Counted from the first letter of the stretch, positions 38,593-48,609 are shown. The stretch is 64,000 nt of DNA from an uncultured Lachnospiraceae bacterium (GCA_947384285.1 CANDGI010000013.1:8268-72267); one strand, 5' to 3'. Program-made: numbers and translations. Notes: generated from the letters alone by a model not told the origin.

Positions 38593-39561
38593 ATGAAGGC
38601 TATTTATACAAAATATAAACGGGAGATTCTCGTATTCCTTGCAACTATTATTTTAGGCGTCGTTTTTACCGTTTTAAATCCCAACTTTTTGATGTGGAGA
38701 ACAATGCTGACCATTTTTCAGCAGATGGTGCTGAACGGCTTGCTTGCAGTGGGAATTATGTTTACAATCTTAACAGGCGGCATTGATCTTTCCATTGGCT
38801 GTACCTTTGCCATAGTGGGAATTGCAGTTGCAAACTGCTGCGTCAGGGGGATGAATCCCTTCCTTGCTATTATCATCGGCCTTGCAGTAGGCGTTGTCCT
38901 GGGTGCGTTTAACGGATTTCTTGTTACAAACTTAAAGCTGCAGCCCTTTATTGCAACCCTTGGCACCATGAGCTTATACCGTGGTATTGCTTATGTGGTA
39001 ACAGGCGGCGCGCCTGTCACAAATGTTCCAGATAGTTTCCGTAATATTTTCAACGGCCAGATGCCAGGCGGCATCCGCTATTATGTGATTGTTATGGTGG
39101 TTGTATTTATCATTGCCCATGTCATCCTGTCAAAAACCAGAACCGGGGATTATCTGTATGCGGTAGGCGGCAACGAGGAAGCGGCAAAGCTCTCCGGTGT
39201 AAATGTAAGAAAGACGAAATATATTGCATACATTGCAAGCGGCGCCTGTACCGCAGTTGCAGGATTGGTTATGCTGGCAAGCCTAGGCTCTGCAGAGGCA
39301 ACAGCGGGCATCGGCTATGAGACAAATGCCATCGCTGCTGCAGCAATCGGCGGAACCTCCATGGCAGGAGGCCGGGGCACGGCTCTTGGCACATTTTTCG
39401 GAGCTCTTCTCCTTGCAGTATTGAAGGTTGGAATGGTAGTTATCAATGTGGATTCCTTCTGGCAGTACGTCGTAACAGGCCTTATCATTGTGGCAGCTTC
39501 TTATTTCGAATTCATGAAGGGAGACCTTGCAGCATTTGCAGCCCGCCATAAAAAAGCATAG
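38593..39561 (+). CDS. Sugar ABC transporter permease (RbsC type)
   Basis: GGIDLS, PFIATLG and GGNEEAA motifs. Confidence 0.95.
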   Translation: MKAIYTKYKREILVFLATIILGVVFTVLNPNFLMWRTMLTIFQQMVLNGLLAVGIMFTILTGGIDLSIGCTFAIVGIAVANCCVRGMNPFLAIIIGLAVGVVLGAFNGFLVTNLKLQPFIATLGTMSLYRGIAYVVTGGAPVTNVPDSFRNIFNGQMPGGIRYYVIVMVVVFIIAHVILSKTRTGDYLYAVGGNEEAAKLSGVNVRKTKYIAYIASGACTAVAGLVMLASLGSAEATAGIGYETNAIAAAAIGGTSMAGGRGTALGTFFGALLLAVLKVGMVVINVDSFWQYVVTGLIIVAASYFEFMKGDLAAFAARHKKA

Positions 39562-39577
39562 AGAACGGGGATGATGG

Positions 39578-40483
39578 ATGATGAGAGATAAAATTACAGT
39601 AATTGGAAGTTTGAATTATGACATTGTTGTAAAGATTCCCCGCCTGCCCAAGCTGGGGGAAAACCTTCTGGCAGACGAGACTGTATTCAGTGCAGGGGGG
39701 AAAGGCGCAAACCAGGCCGTGCAGGCTTCAAAGCTGGGTGTGCCTGTCTATATGGTAGGATGCGTGGGGGAGGATGCCCATGGGGATTTTCTTCTGGAAG
39801 CGGCGGAAAAATACGGCGTAAATACAGAATATGTCCGCAGATGCAGCGAGCATACTGGCATGGGGCTTATCAATGCGCTGAAGGATGGAAGCGTATTTGC
39901 AAGCATTGTCCGGGGCGCAAATTTTGCAATGGCAAAAGAAGATATAGATAAGGCCCAGGAGCTTCTGAAAGAGACGTATCTTGTAATCCTCCAGATGGAG
40001 ATTCCTCAGGAAATCAACGAGTATGCCATCGAAAAGGCAAAAGAATGCGGATGCAAGGTGCTCCTGAATGCGGCTCCGGCGGCGGAAATACCCCTGGACT
40101 ATTTGAAGATGTGTGATATAATAGTGGTAAATGAGGTAGAAGCCGGCTTTTATCTGAAGGCCGATGTGAAAAATGAGGAAGAGGCAAGGAAGGGAATTGC
40201 TGCTTTGGCAAAAGCTTATGAGACGGATATTATTATAACCCTGGGGAAAGCTGGAGCAGTTGTTTCCGAGCAGGGCAGCGTATCATTTATCCCGTCCCAT
40301 AAAGTGCAGGCCATTGAGACCACCGGTGCAGGAGACAGCTTTATCGGAGCTGTTGGATATGCGCTCTTAAATGGCCAAAGCCTTACAAAGGCTTGCGGGT
40401 TTGCCACCTGCTGCAGCGCTGTTACAGTCTGCCGCCTTGGCGCGCAGGATTCCATGCCCTTCCTTAGAGAAGTGGAACAGTAA
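39578..40483 (+). CDS. rbsK: Ribokinase (PfkB family)
   Basis: GSLNYD, GGKGANQA, QMEI, NAAPA and TTGAGDSF motifs. Confidence 0.85.
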   Translation: MMRDKITVIGSLNYDIVVKIPRLPKLGENLLADETVFSAGGKGANQAVQASKLGVPVYMVGCVGEDAHGDFLLEAAEKYGVNTEYVRRCSEHTGMGLINALKDGSVFASIVRGANFAMAKEDIDKAQELLKETYLVILQMEIPQEINEYAIEKAKECGCKVLLNAAPAAEIPLDYLKMCDIIVVNEVEAGFYLKADVKNEEEARKGIAALAKAYETDIIITLGKAGAVVSEQGSVSFIPSHKVQAIETTGAGDSFIGAVGYALLNGQSLTKACGFATCCSAVTVCRLGAQDSMPFLREVEQ

Positions 40484-40624
40484 GGGGGCTTGGGATGCCC
40501 TTCCTTGAAGAAGCGGTAAGGGGGCTTGGGATGCCTTTCCTTGAGGAAGTGAAACGATAAGGAGGGCATAGGAAGCCGCCTGTGGGAAGTAAACAATAGG
40601 GAGGGCTTGGGATGCCCTTCCTTA
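40454..40624 (+). repeat. Degenerate 36-42 bp tandem array extending from the rbsK 3' end (about 5 copies)
   Basis: ATGCCCTTCCTT-like units at 40454, 40495, 40531, 40573 (degenerate) and 40612. Confidence 0.85.
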
Positions 40625-40679
40625 ACAGAATTTAGACAACAGAGAATGGATGCCGGGCATCCTGGGAGGAATGGGGATT

Positions 40680-41420
40680 ATGATACCTTATCAGAGAAGA
40701 ACACAAATGCTGCAGCTGCTGGAGAAGAATGAAGTGGTTTCCTTGGACAGCTTCTGCGGGGAATTGAAGGATGTTTCTGAATCTACCGTGCGGAGGGATT
40801 TGAAGACGTTGGAGGCAGAAGGCCAGATTATACTTCTTCGGGGCGGCGGAGCCCGTCTGAAAAAGGGGTCATATGAAGTTCCTATGAATTCCAAATCAAT
40901 TAAAAACGTCAATGAGAAAGAGGATATTGCAAGGTATGCGGCAGGCCTGGTGAAGGATGGGGAATCCATCTACCTGGATTCTGGAAGCACAGTGCTGCGC
41001 ATGGTAAAATATTTGAAGAATAAGGATATCACAATTGTCACCACCAACGCAATGATTCTTTCTGAAATTCAGGAGACGAAGCTGAAATGCTTTCTGGCAG
41101 GCGGAGAAATCAACGTTTCCAGCGCTTCTATCCTGGGAACGAAGACCAACAGTGATTTGTCTGTGCTGTATTTTGATAAAGCGTTTTTGGGAGCAAACGG
41201 CTTTTCCGACAGGGCTGGAATCAGCACCCCGGATCTGCGGGAAGCAGAGAAAAAGCAAATCGTATGCCGAAACTCCACAGAAACTTATGTATTATTGGAT
41301 AGCAGTAAAAGCGGCAAAAATACCCTGAGCAAAGTCTTTGAATTAGGGGAAGTCACGATTATCTGCGATAAAGAGACAGATATGCTGATTACCAGCGGAA
41401 ATTATATTGTAGCGAGATAG
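40680..41420 (+). CDS. DeoR/GlpR family regulator
   Basis: VSESTVRRDL and YLDSGST motifs. Confidence 0.92.
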   Translation: MIPYQRRTQMLQLLEKNEVVSLDSFCGELKDVSESTVRRDLKTLEAEGQIILLRGGGARLKKGSYEVPMNSKSIKNVNEKEDIARYAAGLVKDGESIYLDSGSTVLRMVKYLKNKDITIVTTNAMILSEIQETKLKCFLAGGEINVSSASILGTKTNSDLSVLYFDKAFLGANGFSDRAGISTPDLREAEKKQIVCRNSTETYVLLDSSKSGKNTLSKVFELGEVTIICDKETDMLITSGNYIVAR

Positions 41421-41505
41421 ATTTCCAGCCTGCCGCATTTCGATACACAGGAAAGGCAGGATTAATGAAGAGTTCGATTTAGGCTGCTGCAGAAAAGATA
41501 AGAGT

Positions 41506-41553
41506 ACAGGATATGGTATTTCCACAGAGTGGATATGCCATATCCTGTTTTTT
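41506..41553 (+). terminator. Intrinsic terminator
   Basis: ACAGGATATGGTAT..ATGCCATATCCTGT plus T-run. Confidence 0.8.
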
Positions 41554-41659
41554 CGTTTATAGAACATTGTGCCTTATAAAGAAGATTGTCCAAAATGATA
41601 ATCTTATTGTATCTTCCCTGTGGCTTCCCGCCAGTATTCAAGTTAAAATTTTTGAGTGT

Positions 41660-41788
41660 GAAAAGGTTTTAAAATAAAAGTAATAATAGGAAAAAGTTTT
41701 AAAATAACAGTTGACAAACCGGGAAAAAGCTGTTATTATAACAATACAAACTTTCGAATCAACAATTTACAGAAAAAAGTTTTTAAAA
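41660..41788 (+). promoter_or_regulatory. SigA promoter with flanking direct repeats (candidate DeoR operators)
   Basis: TTGACA(41711)-N17-TATTAT with TG; GAAAA(G/A)GTTTTAAAATAA at 41660 and 41690, variant near 41772. Confidence 0.65.
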
Positions 41789-41907
41789 CGAAAGTAAAGG
41801 TTGAAGAAATGGAAAAGAATGGTAAAATGAAAGGGGTAGATCATTATGAAGTGAGAGAAGGGAAAGCATAGCTTAAGCTTGGCTATGTTTTTGCAGGAGG
41901 TATAAAA

Positions 41908-42669
41908 ATGGATACAATGGAACAGCGCAGGAATACAATCGTAGATTTGGTGAATCAAAGCGGAAATATCAGCTTTGCACAGTTAAAGAAAAAATTTCCC
42001 CAAATATCTGAAATGACACTGCGCACAGATTTAAAGGCTCTTGACGAAGCAAAACGAATTGTCCGGGTGCATGGGGGTGCAAAATCTGTAGATGTGGTAA
42101 TAGGAACTGATGATATGTTAAGCCGGAGGCTGGTGCGCAACATTGAGGCAAAGCAATTAATCGCACAAAAAGCATTGCGGTTTATTCGGAAGGATACCAC
42201 GATTTTTTTGGATTCTGGGAGCACTACCACGGCATTGGCGTCTTATATGCCAGACCAGTCAAATCTGATTTATACCAATTCCCTGACCTGTGCGGCGGAG
42301 CTTTCCAGATTAAAGGAACCCGCGGTGCATGTGGTGGGAGGGATTATGAACCGGTACAGCATGAGCGTATGCGGAATCCATACCATTCAGGAGGTGCAAA
42401 GAATCAATTTTGACCAGGTGTTCATGGGTGTGACCAGTTACAGTGACCAGACAGGATTTACCTGCGGCGTGGACGAGGAAGCGGTTTTGAAAAAAACAGT
42501 GATGGATCAGGCCGAGCAGAGAATTATTCTGATGGATTCCTCCAAAGTGGGAGTGAAAAGTACATATTCTATCTGCGGGCTAAAGGATGTGGACGTCATC
42601 ATATCGGATGGCGGCCTTCCAGAAGAATTTGAAGAAGCCTGCAGGGATATGAACATACAGATTATTTAG
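41908..42669 (+). CDS. DeoR/GlpR family regulator
   Basis: ISEMTLRTDL, RVHGGA and FLDSGSTT motifs. Confidence 0.92.
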   Translation: MDTMEQRRNTIVDLVNQSGNISFAQLKKKFPQISEMTLRTDLKALDEAKRIVRVHGGAKSVDVVIGTDDMLSRRLVRNIEAKQLIAQKALRFIRKDTTIFLDSGSTTTALASYMPDQSNLIYTNSLTCAAELSRLKEPAVHVVGGIMNRYSMSVCGIHTIQEVQRINFDQVFMGVTSYSDQTGFTCGVDEEAVLKKTVMDQAEQRIILMDSSKVGVKSTYSICGLKDVDVIISDGGLPEEFEEACRDMNIQII

Positions 42670-42700
42670 GTTTCCCCAGGGGGTTTCCACACTGCAGAAG

Positions 42701-42771
42701 GTTTACACATGAAAGTCCTCGGTTTCCGCAGCAAGGATAGCCATGGGGACAGCCGGCTGGGCATAATGGAG
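42701..42771 (+). repeat. Family B repeat copy
   Basis: GTTTACACATGAAAGTCCTCGGTTTCCGCAGCAAGGATAGCCATGG..GCCGGCTGGGCATAATGG. Confidence 0.8.
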
Positions 42772-42833
42772 TCCGGTTATGCATTTTACGGCAAAGCTTT
42801 TATTAAGAGCAGCGAATGTAAAGGAGATTATTT

Positions 42834-44696
42834 ATGAAAAATGGAGTTCAGCGTTTTGGTAAATTTCTCTCAGCAATGATCATGCCCAATATCGGCGCGT
42901 TGATTGCATTCGGTTTCCTTGCTGCGTTTTTTAACGGCAGCGGTTGGATTCCGCATGAGGGGTTTGCAACAATCTTTTCAGCAATTTTAGTTTATTTGAT
43001 TCCCATTTTAATCGCATCTACAGGCGGAAAATTGATTGGCGGCGAGCGAGGCAGCATTGTAGCGGCGATTGCAGTGGTAGGCGCAATTATGAGCGATCCG
43101 AATACCACGATGCTGATGGCAGCTATGATTATGGGTCCTCTGGCAGGCTTTTGCATTAAGAAGTTTGATGATGCCATGGACGGACACATGCCGGCAGGAT
43201 TTGAAATGCTGATTAACAATTTTTCCGTAGGCATCATAGGAATGCTGTTGGCAATGATGGGATTTTTAGCAGTAGGGCCCTTCATGAACCTGGTGCTTGG
43301 GATTTTGTCTGGAGGGGTAAACTTCCTTGTAGAACACAGTGTATTGCCGCTGATTGCTGTCTTTATTGAACCGGCGAAGGTTTTGTTCCTGAATAATGCT
43401 ATTAACCACGGCATTTTCACACCGATTGCAACGGCACAGGCAGCAGAGACAGGAAGATCTATCATGTATATGCTGGAAGCAAATCCAGGCCCAGGCCTTG
43501 GCGTATTGCTGGCATACATGTTTTTCTGCAAAGATAAGGAAACAAAGCAGTCTGCGCCTGGTGCGGTTATCATCCATCTTTTGGGAGGTATCCACGAAAT
43601 ATATTTCCCGTATATTTTGATGAACCCGCTTGTGATTGTAGGGCCGATTTTGGGAAATATGGCAGCAATTTTCTGGTTCAATCTGACGGACTGCGGAATG
43701 GTAGGCCCCGCTTCCCCGGGCTCCATCATTGCATATCTGATGATGACGCCAGGAGATAAGATGGTTCAGGTTATTGTGGGCGTGGTAATCGCTACCGTGA
43801 TTTCCTTTGTAGTTTCCGCCGCAATTGTACGTATGTCCAAAGGCAAGAGCCTGGAGGAAGCCCAGGAAGAGATGGCAAGCCGGAAGGCAGAGGCAAAAGG
43901 AACAGCTGCGCCGGTGGCAATTACAAAAGCAGAAGGTGTGAGAAAGGTAGTATTTGCCTGTGACGCAGGCATGGGCTCCTCGGCAATGGGCGCTACAAAA
44001 TTCAGGAACCGGGTAAAGGCGTTAAGGCCGGATTTGACCGTTATCAATACATCCGTAGATACCATTCCGCAGGATTGCGATATCGCGGTTGTCCAGGTTA
44101 CCTTAGTAGACCGGGCGAGGAAATGCGTGCCCAATGCACAGATGGTAACCATTAACAATTTCCTGGCAGACCCTGCCCTGGATGCATTGTATGCACAGCT
44201 GACACAAGGCGGACAGCAGACTGGCGCACCCCAGGCAGCGGGAAATGCACAGGTGAAATCCTCTGCAGCCAGCGGAAAAGAAATTTTGGTAAAAGATGGA
44301 ATTAGGCTGAACTTAAAGCCGGTTTCCAAGGAAGAAGCCATCCAGGCAGCCGGAGAGCTGCTGGCTAAGCTTGGCTATGTAGACCCATCCTACATTGATG
44401 CAATGCAGGAGCGTGAAAAGCTTGTGACTACATATATGGGGCTTGGGGTAGCAATTCCCCATGGAACCTCCCAGGCAAAAGGAACGGTAAAGAAAACAGG
44501 CATCGTAGTGATGCAGTATCCAGAAGGCGTTGCGTTCGGGGATGAAAAGGCACAGCTTGTGTTCGGTATTGCCGGCGTAGGCGACGAGCATCTGGAGCTT
44601 TTGGAGAAAATCTGCGGCATGCTGGAAGATGAAAAAGTACTGGAAGAATTCAAGAAAACGAATAATATTGACTGGGTATTAGAAAAATTACAATAG
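42834..44696 (+). CDS. mtlA: PTS mannitol-family EIICBA
   Basis: MPNIGA, FLNNAINHG, GGIHEIYFP, ACDAGMGSSAMGA and AIPHG motifs. Confidence 0.9.
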   Translation: MKNGVQRFGKFLSAMIMPNIGALIAFGFLAAFFNGSGWIPHEGFATIFSAILVYLIPILIASTGGKLIGGERGSIVAAIAVVGAIMSDPNTTMLMAAMIMGPLAGFCIKKFDDAMDGHMPAGFEMLINNFSVGIIGMLLAMMGFLAVGPFMNLVLGILSGGVNFLVEHSVLPLIAVFIEPAKVLFLNNAINHGIFTPIATAQAAETGRSIMYMLEANPGPGLGVLLAYMFFCKDKETKQSAPGAVIIHLLGGIHEIYFPYILMNPLVIVGPILGNMAAIFWFNLTDCGMVGPASPGSIIAYLMMTPGDKMVQVIVGVVIATVISFVVSAAIVRMSKGKSLEEAQEEMASRKAEAKGTAAPVAITKAEGVRKVVFACDAGMGSSAMGATKFRNRVKALRPDLTVINTSVDTIPQDCDIAVVQVTLVDRARKCVPNAQMVTINNFLADPALDALYAQLTQGGQQTGAPQAAGNAQVKSSAASGKEILVKDGIRLNLKPVSKEEAIQAAGELLAKLGYVDPSYIDAMQEREKLVTTYMGLGVAIPHGTSQAKGTVKKTGIVVMQYPEGVAFGDEKAQLVFGIAGVGDEHLELLEKICGMLEDEKVLEEFKKTNNIDWVLEKLQ

Positions 44697-44697
44697 A

Positions 44698-44753
44698 CCA
44701 TAGTAAGGATGGCCATCTGGCCCGCCGCAGGGCAGGCAGAGCATGCTGGTGGG
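44698..44753 (+). repeat. Family B repeat, partial copy
   Basis: CCATAGTAAGGATGGCCAT..CCGCCG..GGCAGGC..GCATGCTGG aligns to the 3' two-thirds of the unit. Confidence 0.6.
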
Positions 44754-44803
44754 TGTATAATAGGGACATAATAAAAAAATATAAAAAACCAGGAGGTAAA
44801 GGT

Positions 44804-46063
44804 ATGAAAGCAAGAGGCGTAAGGTTGTATGGAGTAAATGATATCAGGTTAGAGGAGTTCGAACTTCCCGAAATCAAAGAGGATGAAATTCTGGTAAAGG
44901 TTGTCAGCGACAGTATCTGCATGTCTACCTGGAAAATGGTGCAGGCAGGAAAGAATCATAAGCGTGTGCCGGAAAATGTGGCAGAGCATCCGGTTATTAT
45001 CGGCCATGAATTTACCGGGGATATCGTAAAAGTAGGGGAGAAATGGAAAGGCCAGTTCCATGAAGGCAAGAAATTTGCCCAGCAGCCGGCAATTCCTGGG
45101 CAGATGGAATCTCCAGGATATTCCTATGAATATTTCGGAGGCGCTTCCACTTACTGCATTTTCCCAGGGGATGTAATTGAGAAAGGATGCATCTGGGAGT
45201 ATGAGGGGGACAGCTACTTTGAAGCTTCCTTAGGTGAGCCTATGAGCTGCTGCATTGGCGGATACCACAGCAATTATCACAATGAGCATCTTTCCTATGA
45301 GCACAAAATGGGCACCTTAGAGGGCGGAGATATTCTGATTCTCGGCGGATGCGGCCCGATGGGCCTTGGGGCAGTCAGCTATGGCCTTACTTTTGAAAAC
45401 AAGCCGAAGCGCATTGTTGTAACCGACATCAATGATGCCAAGATTGCCAGGGCAAAGGAAGTAATTCCAGAGTCAGAGGCAGCAGAAAAAGGCGTGGAGC
45501 TCCATTATGTCAATACAGCAAATATGGAAGATCCGGTTGCAGAACTGAAAGCAATCACAGGCGGCAAAGGCTACAGCGATGTATTTGTATATGCTCCGGT
45601 TAAGAGCATTGCAGAGATGGGGAACAGGCTTCTGGCAGAAGACGGATGCATGAATTTCTTTGCAGGGCCTACCGATACACAGTTTTCTGCAAGCATGAAC
45701 CTCTATGACTGCCATTATGCAAGAACCAAGATTATGGGTTCCACAGGCGGCAACACAGACGACATGAAAGAAGCTATTGAAAAATCTGCCAAAGGGCTGA
45801 TTAACTCTGCAGTTATGGTAACACATGTAGGCGGCATGGATTCTATCGTGGAAACCACAAAGAACCTGCCCAATATCCCGGGCGGCAAGAAACTGGCTTA
45901 TACTCAGTTTGATATGCCGATGACGGCCATTGAGGATTTTGGAAAATTAGGTGAGCAGGATCCCTTCTACAAAGAGTTGGATGAGTGCTGCAAGAGACAT
46001 AAAGGGCTTTGGTCCAAGGAAGCAGAGGATATGCTGTTTGAGCATTTTGGCGTAAAGGCGTAA
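44804..46063 (+). CDS. Zinc-binding polyol-phosphate dehydrogenase (SorE/YggP-like)
   Basis: SDSICMSTWK, GHE, GGCGPMG and NFFAGP motifs. Confidence 0.8.
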   Translation: MKARGVRLYGVNDIRLEEFELPEIKEDEILVKVVSDSICMSTWKMVQAGKNHKRVPENVAEHPVIIGHEFTGDIVKVGEKWKGQFHEGKKFAQQPAIPGQMESPGYSYEYFGGASTYCIFPGDVIEKGCIWEYEGDSYFEASLGEPMSCCIGGYHSNYHNEHLSYEHKMGTLEGGDILILGGCGPMGLGAVSYGLTFENKPKRIVVTDINDAKIARAKEVIPESEAAEKGVELHYVNTANMEDPVAELKAITGGKGYSDVFVYAPVKSIAEMGNRLLAEDGCMNFFAGPTDTQFSASMNLYDCHYARTKIMGSTGGNTDDMKEAIEKSAKGLINSAVMVTHVGGMDSIVETTKNLPNIPGGKKLAYTQFDMPMTAIEDFGKLGEQDPFYKELDECCKRHKGLWSKEAEDMLFEHFGVKA

Positions 46064-46233
46064 TCAGCAATAAGAAATAAGAACTGCATCAGCTGCAGGA
46101 TAAATGTTGGGAAGGGACAGTCTTTGACAGGGGCAAGGGCTGTCTCTTTCTTTCGGATTCTTTAGGTGTTTAGGAACAATTTCTTACGCAGAATGGCAAA
46201 ATTTTTGTGCTGCGCTTTTCTGATTTATCCAGG

Positions 46234-46314
46234 TTAGGAGATTTCATTTTCCATTGGTTTTAGTTTTTTATCCATAATGTTGGAGATGGCAAGCAATAAT
46301 TCGTTGTCTGTCAT
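46234..46314 (-). pseudogene. Truncated small coiled-coil hypothetical protein
   Basis: MTDNELLLAISNIMDKKLKPMENEIS* with GGAG SD; stops after 26 codons. Confidence 0.45.
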
Positions 46315-46617
46315 GGCAATCTCCATTCCGCCGCCAAGTCGGCGGCACAAATAGTAACGAAAGGCTGTCCTCTGCTTTCTTTCACAGTATCGTACTCCTT
46401 ATAAAATTCTATGAGATTTCGTCATCAAGGTAACAGGGCAGCTGTTTGGCTGTAAGTATATCATAGCTGGGGCAGTGCGTCATTTAATTTGTGGTTGAAA
46501 ATCAAGGAGAAAATTTTTTGAAGATATAAGGGATACATGGTATAATAATGGCAGATGTTTGGAGTGTGCAGGTGGTGGGACAGCTTGTTTGTGCCTTGGA
46601 AAGGAATGGTGAAACAG

Positions 46618-47283
46618 ATGAAGAAAATACTCGCGGTAGATGACGAACAGGATATCCGTACATTATTAAAAGAATATCTGGAATTGGAAGGCTATCTGGT
46701 TTATACGGCAAAAAACGGCATGGAAGCCATGGAAGGCCTGAAATACCAGCCAGATTTAATCATATTGGACATCAATATGCCGGACATGGACGGCCTTACA
46801 GTCTGCGAGAAAATCAGGGATTATGTGGACTGCCCCATTTTGTTCCTCACTGCCCGGACAGAGGAACAGGACAAGGTCAGCGGATTTAAGGCAGGCGGGG
46901 ACGACTATATTTTAAAGCCCTTTGGGATGGATGAACTGCTGGCCCGGGTGGAAGCCCATCTGCGCCGGGAGGAACGCAGGCAGCAAAACAGCAGCGTCTA
47001 TCTGAAAGGGGACCTTATGGTGGATTTTTCCGGGCATCAGGTATTGCTGGAGGGAAAAGACGCCAGGCTTACTAAGACGGAGTTTTCCATTGTGGAGCTT
47101 TTGCTGTCCCACAGCGGCCAGGTGTTTGAAAAAGAGCAGATTTATGAACGGGTTCGTGGATTTGACGGGGAGGCGGATGCATCCATCATTGCGGAACATG
47201 TACGGCGCATCCGCCAGAAAATCGACAAAAAGACGAAACATATCGAGACAGTCTGGGGTGTGGGTTATAAATGGATTGGCTAG
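46618..47283 (+). CDS. OmpR-family response regulator
   Basis: LDINMP, KPF and ETVWGVGY motifs. Confidence 0.95.
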   Translation: MKKILAVDDEQDIRTLLKEYLELEGYLVYTAKNGMEAMEGLKYQPDLIILDINMPDMDGLTVCEKIRDYVDCPILFLTARTEEQDKVSGFKAGGDDYILKPFGMDELLARVEAHLRREERRQQNSSVYLKGDLMVDFSGHQVLLEGKDARLTKTEFSIVELLLSHSGQVFEKEQIYERVRGFDGEADASIIAEHVRRIRQKIDKKTKHIETVWGVGYKWIG

Positions 47284-48485
47284 AAGAAAAAGCAAAACAG
47301 CTTCGGAAATATTTACAGGAAGAATCCCTGGTCCGCACATTGGTGTGGTATCTGTCCATTGGCATGGCAGGGGTTTTCACCTTGTATTGGATTACCAGGA
47401 ACATCTGCCTGGCATGGCTGGATGTATTGGAAAGGCGCAGGGACAGCCTGCTGCCTGGCAGCCAGCAATTTCAGAGCATGGCGGAATGGGGCGCAGCAGT
47501 GATGGGAGGCGGAGTAAAATTTGGAAGCGAAGAGCTTCTTTTGAACCTGCTTCGGCTGTTTTACAATAGCTGCCTGTACCTTTATATTATTATCTGTTTT
47601 GCAATTGTAGGGAAAATTTTTTTGGAAACAAAAATAAAGCCTGCGGTTTCTGCCGTCGCACAGAGCCTGAATTATATTAATATGGGAGATTACAGCCATG
47701 AAATATCCTGGCGAAGCCCGGATGAAATGGGCCTTCTCTGCCAGGAAGCGGAGCAGATACGAAGAACTCTTTTGAAAAATAGGAAGGATCAGTGGAGACA
47801 GCAGGAGGAGCAGCGGAAAATCAATGCGGCATTTGCCCATGATATCCGTACGCCTTTGACTGTCATCCGGGGCTACACAGAATTTCTCCAGAAATATGTG
47901 CCTCAGGGGAAGGTTACAGAGGAGATGCTGCTGGAGAAATTGAAAACCATCCACGAACAGGAGGAACGCCTGTTTCGCTTTTCTGCAACTATGACCACCA
48001 TCCAGAACATGGAAAAATGGGAAATTTCCGGGAACTGGTATGAGGTTTCGGCCTTGCGGGAGGCCATGGAAGCGGTGGTGGAGGGCATTCGTCCTGGTAC
48101 AGACAGGAACATCAGCCTGCATGTGGATATTTCCCATCAGCAGGTATTTCTGGACAAAAATCTTTTGATGGAGGTCTTTGAAAATCTTTTAAATAATGGC
48201 CTGCGGTATGCCAGGGCATCCATTCAGGTGGAAATGGAAATGAATGGAAAAGAACTTATCTTGTTTGTGAAAGACGACGGGCCAGGATTTTCAGAAAAGG
48301 CATTGCGAAGCGGCATGGAAACATATTTCAGCGAGGAGGAAAACAGCAGGGAGCATTTCGGCATTGGATTATCTATCTGCCGGATGCTCTGTGAAAATCA
48401 TGGAGGAAGCCTTTCTCTTCAGAACAGCGTAACACAGGGAGCCATTGCAGCCGCTGCGCTGGCTGTTGGCGTGCGGGCAAGGTGA
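47271..48485 (+). CDS. Sensor histidine kinase
   Basis: AHDIRTPLT, ENLLNNG, DDGPGF and HFGIGL motifs. Confidence 0.93.
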   Translation: MDWLEEKAKQLRKYLQEESLVRTLVWYLSIGMAGVFTLYWITRNICLAWLDVLERRRDSLLPGSQQFQSMAEWGAAVMGGGVKFGSEELLLNLLRLFYNSCLYLYIIICFAIVGKIFLETKIKPAVSAVAQSLNYINMGDYSHEISWRSPDEMGLLCQEAEQIRRTLLKNRKDQWRQQEEQRKINAAFAHDIRTPLTVIRGYTEFLQKYVPQGKVTEEMLLEKLKTIHEQEERLFRFSATMTTIQNMEKWEISGNWYEVSALREAMEAVVEGIRPGTDRNISLHVDISHQQVFLDKNLLMEVFENLLNNGLRYARASIQVEMEMNGKELILFVKDDGPGFSEKALRSGMETYFSEEENSREHFGIGLSICRMLCENHGGSLSLQNSVTQGAIAAAALAVGVRAR

Positions 48486-48609
48486 AGAGGAAGATTTGAA
48501 AAAGAATCATAATTTTATAGGAAATTCGTAGATAAATTCTTTTTATACTATGTTCCATAAGCAGGGCGCGCTCTGATTTGCGCCTGCTGCAGAAAGAGAG
48601 GAAAGGATT

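Noticed and set aside
40454-40624. CRISPR-like appearance of the rbsK tail array
   Set aside because: The variable parts are only about 10-15 nt and related to each other, the repeats are degenerate, and there are no cas genes in the window.
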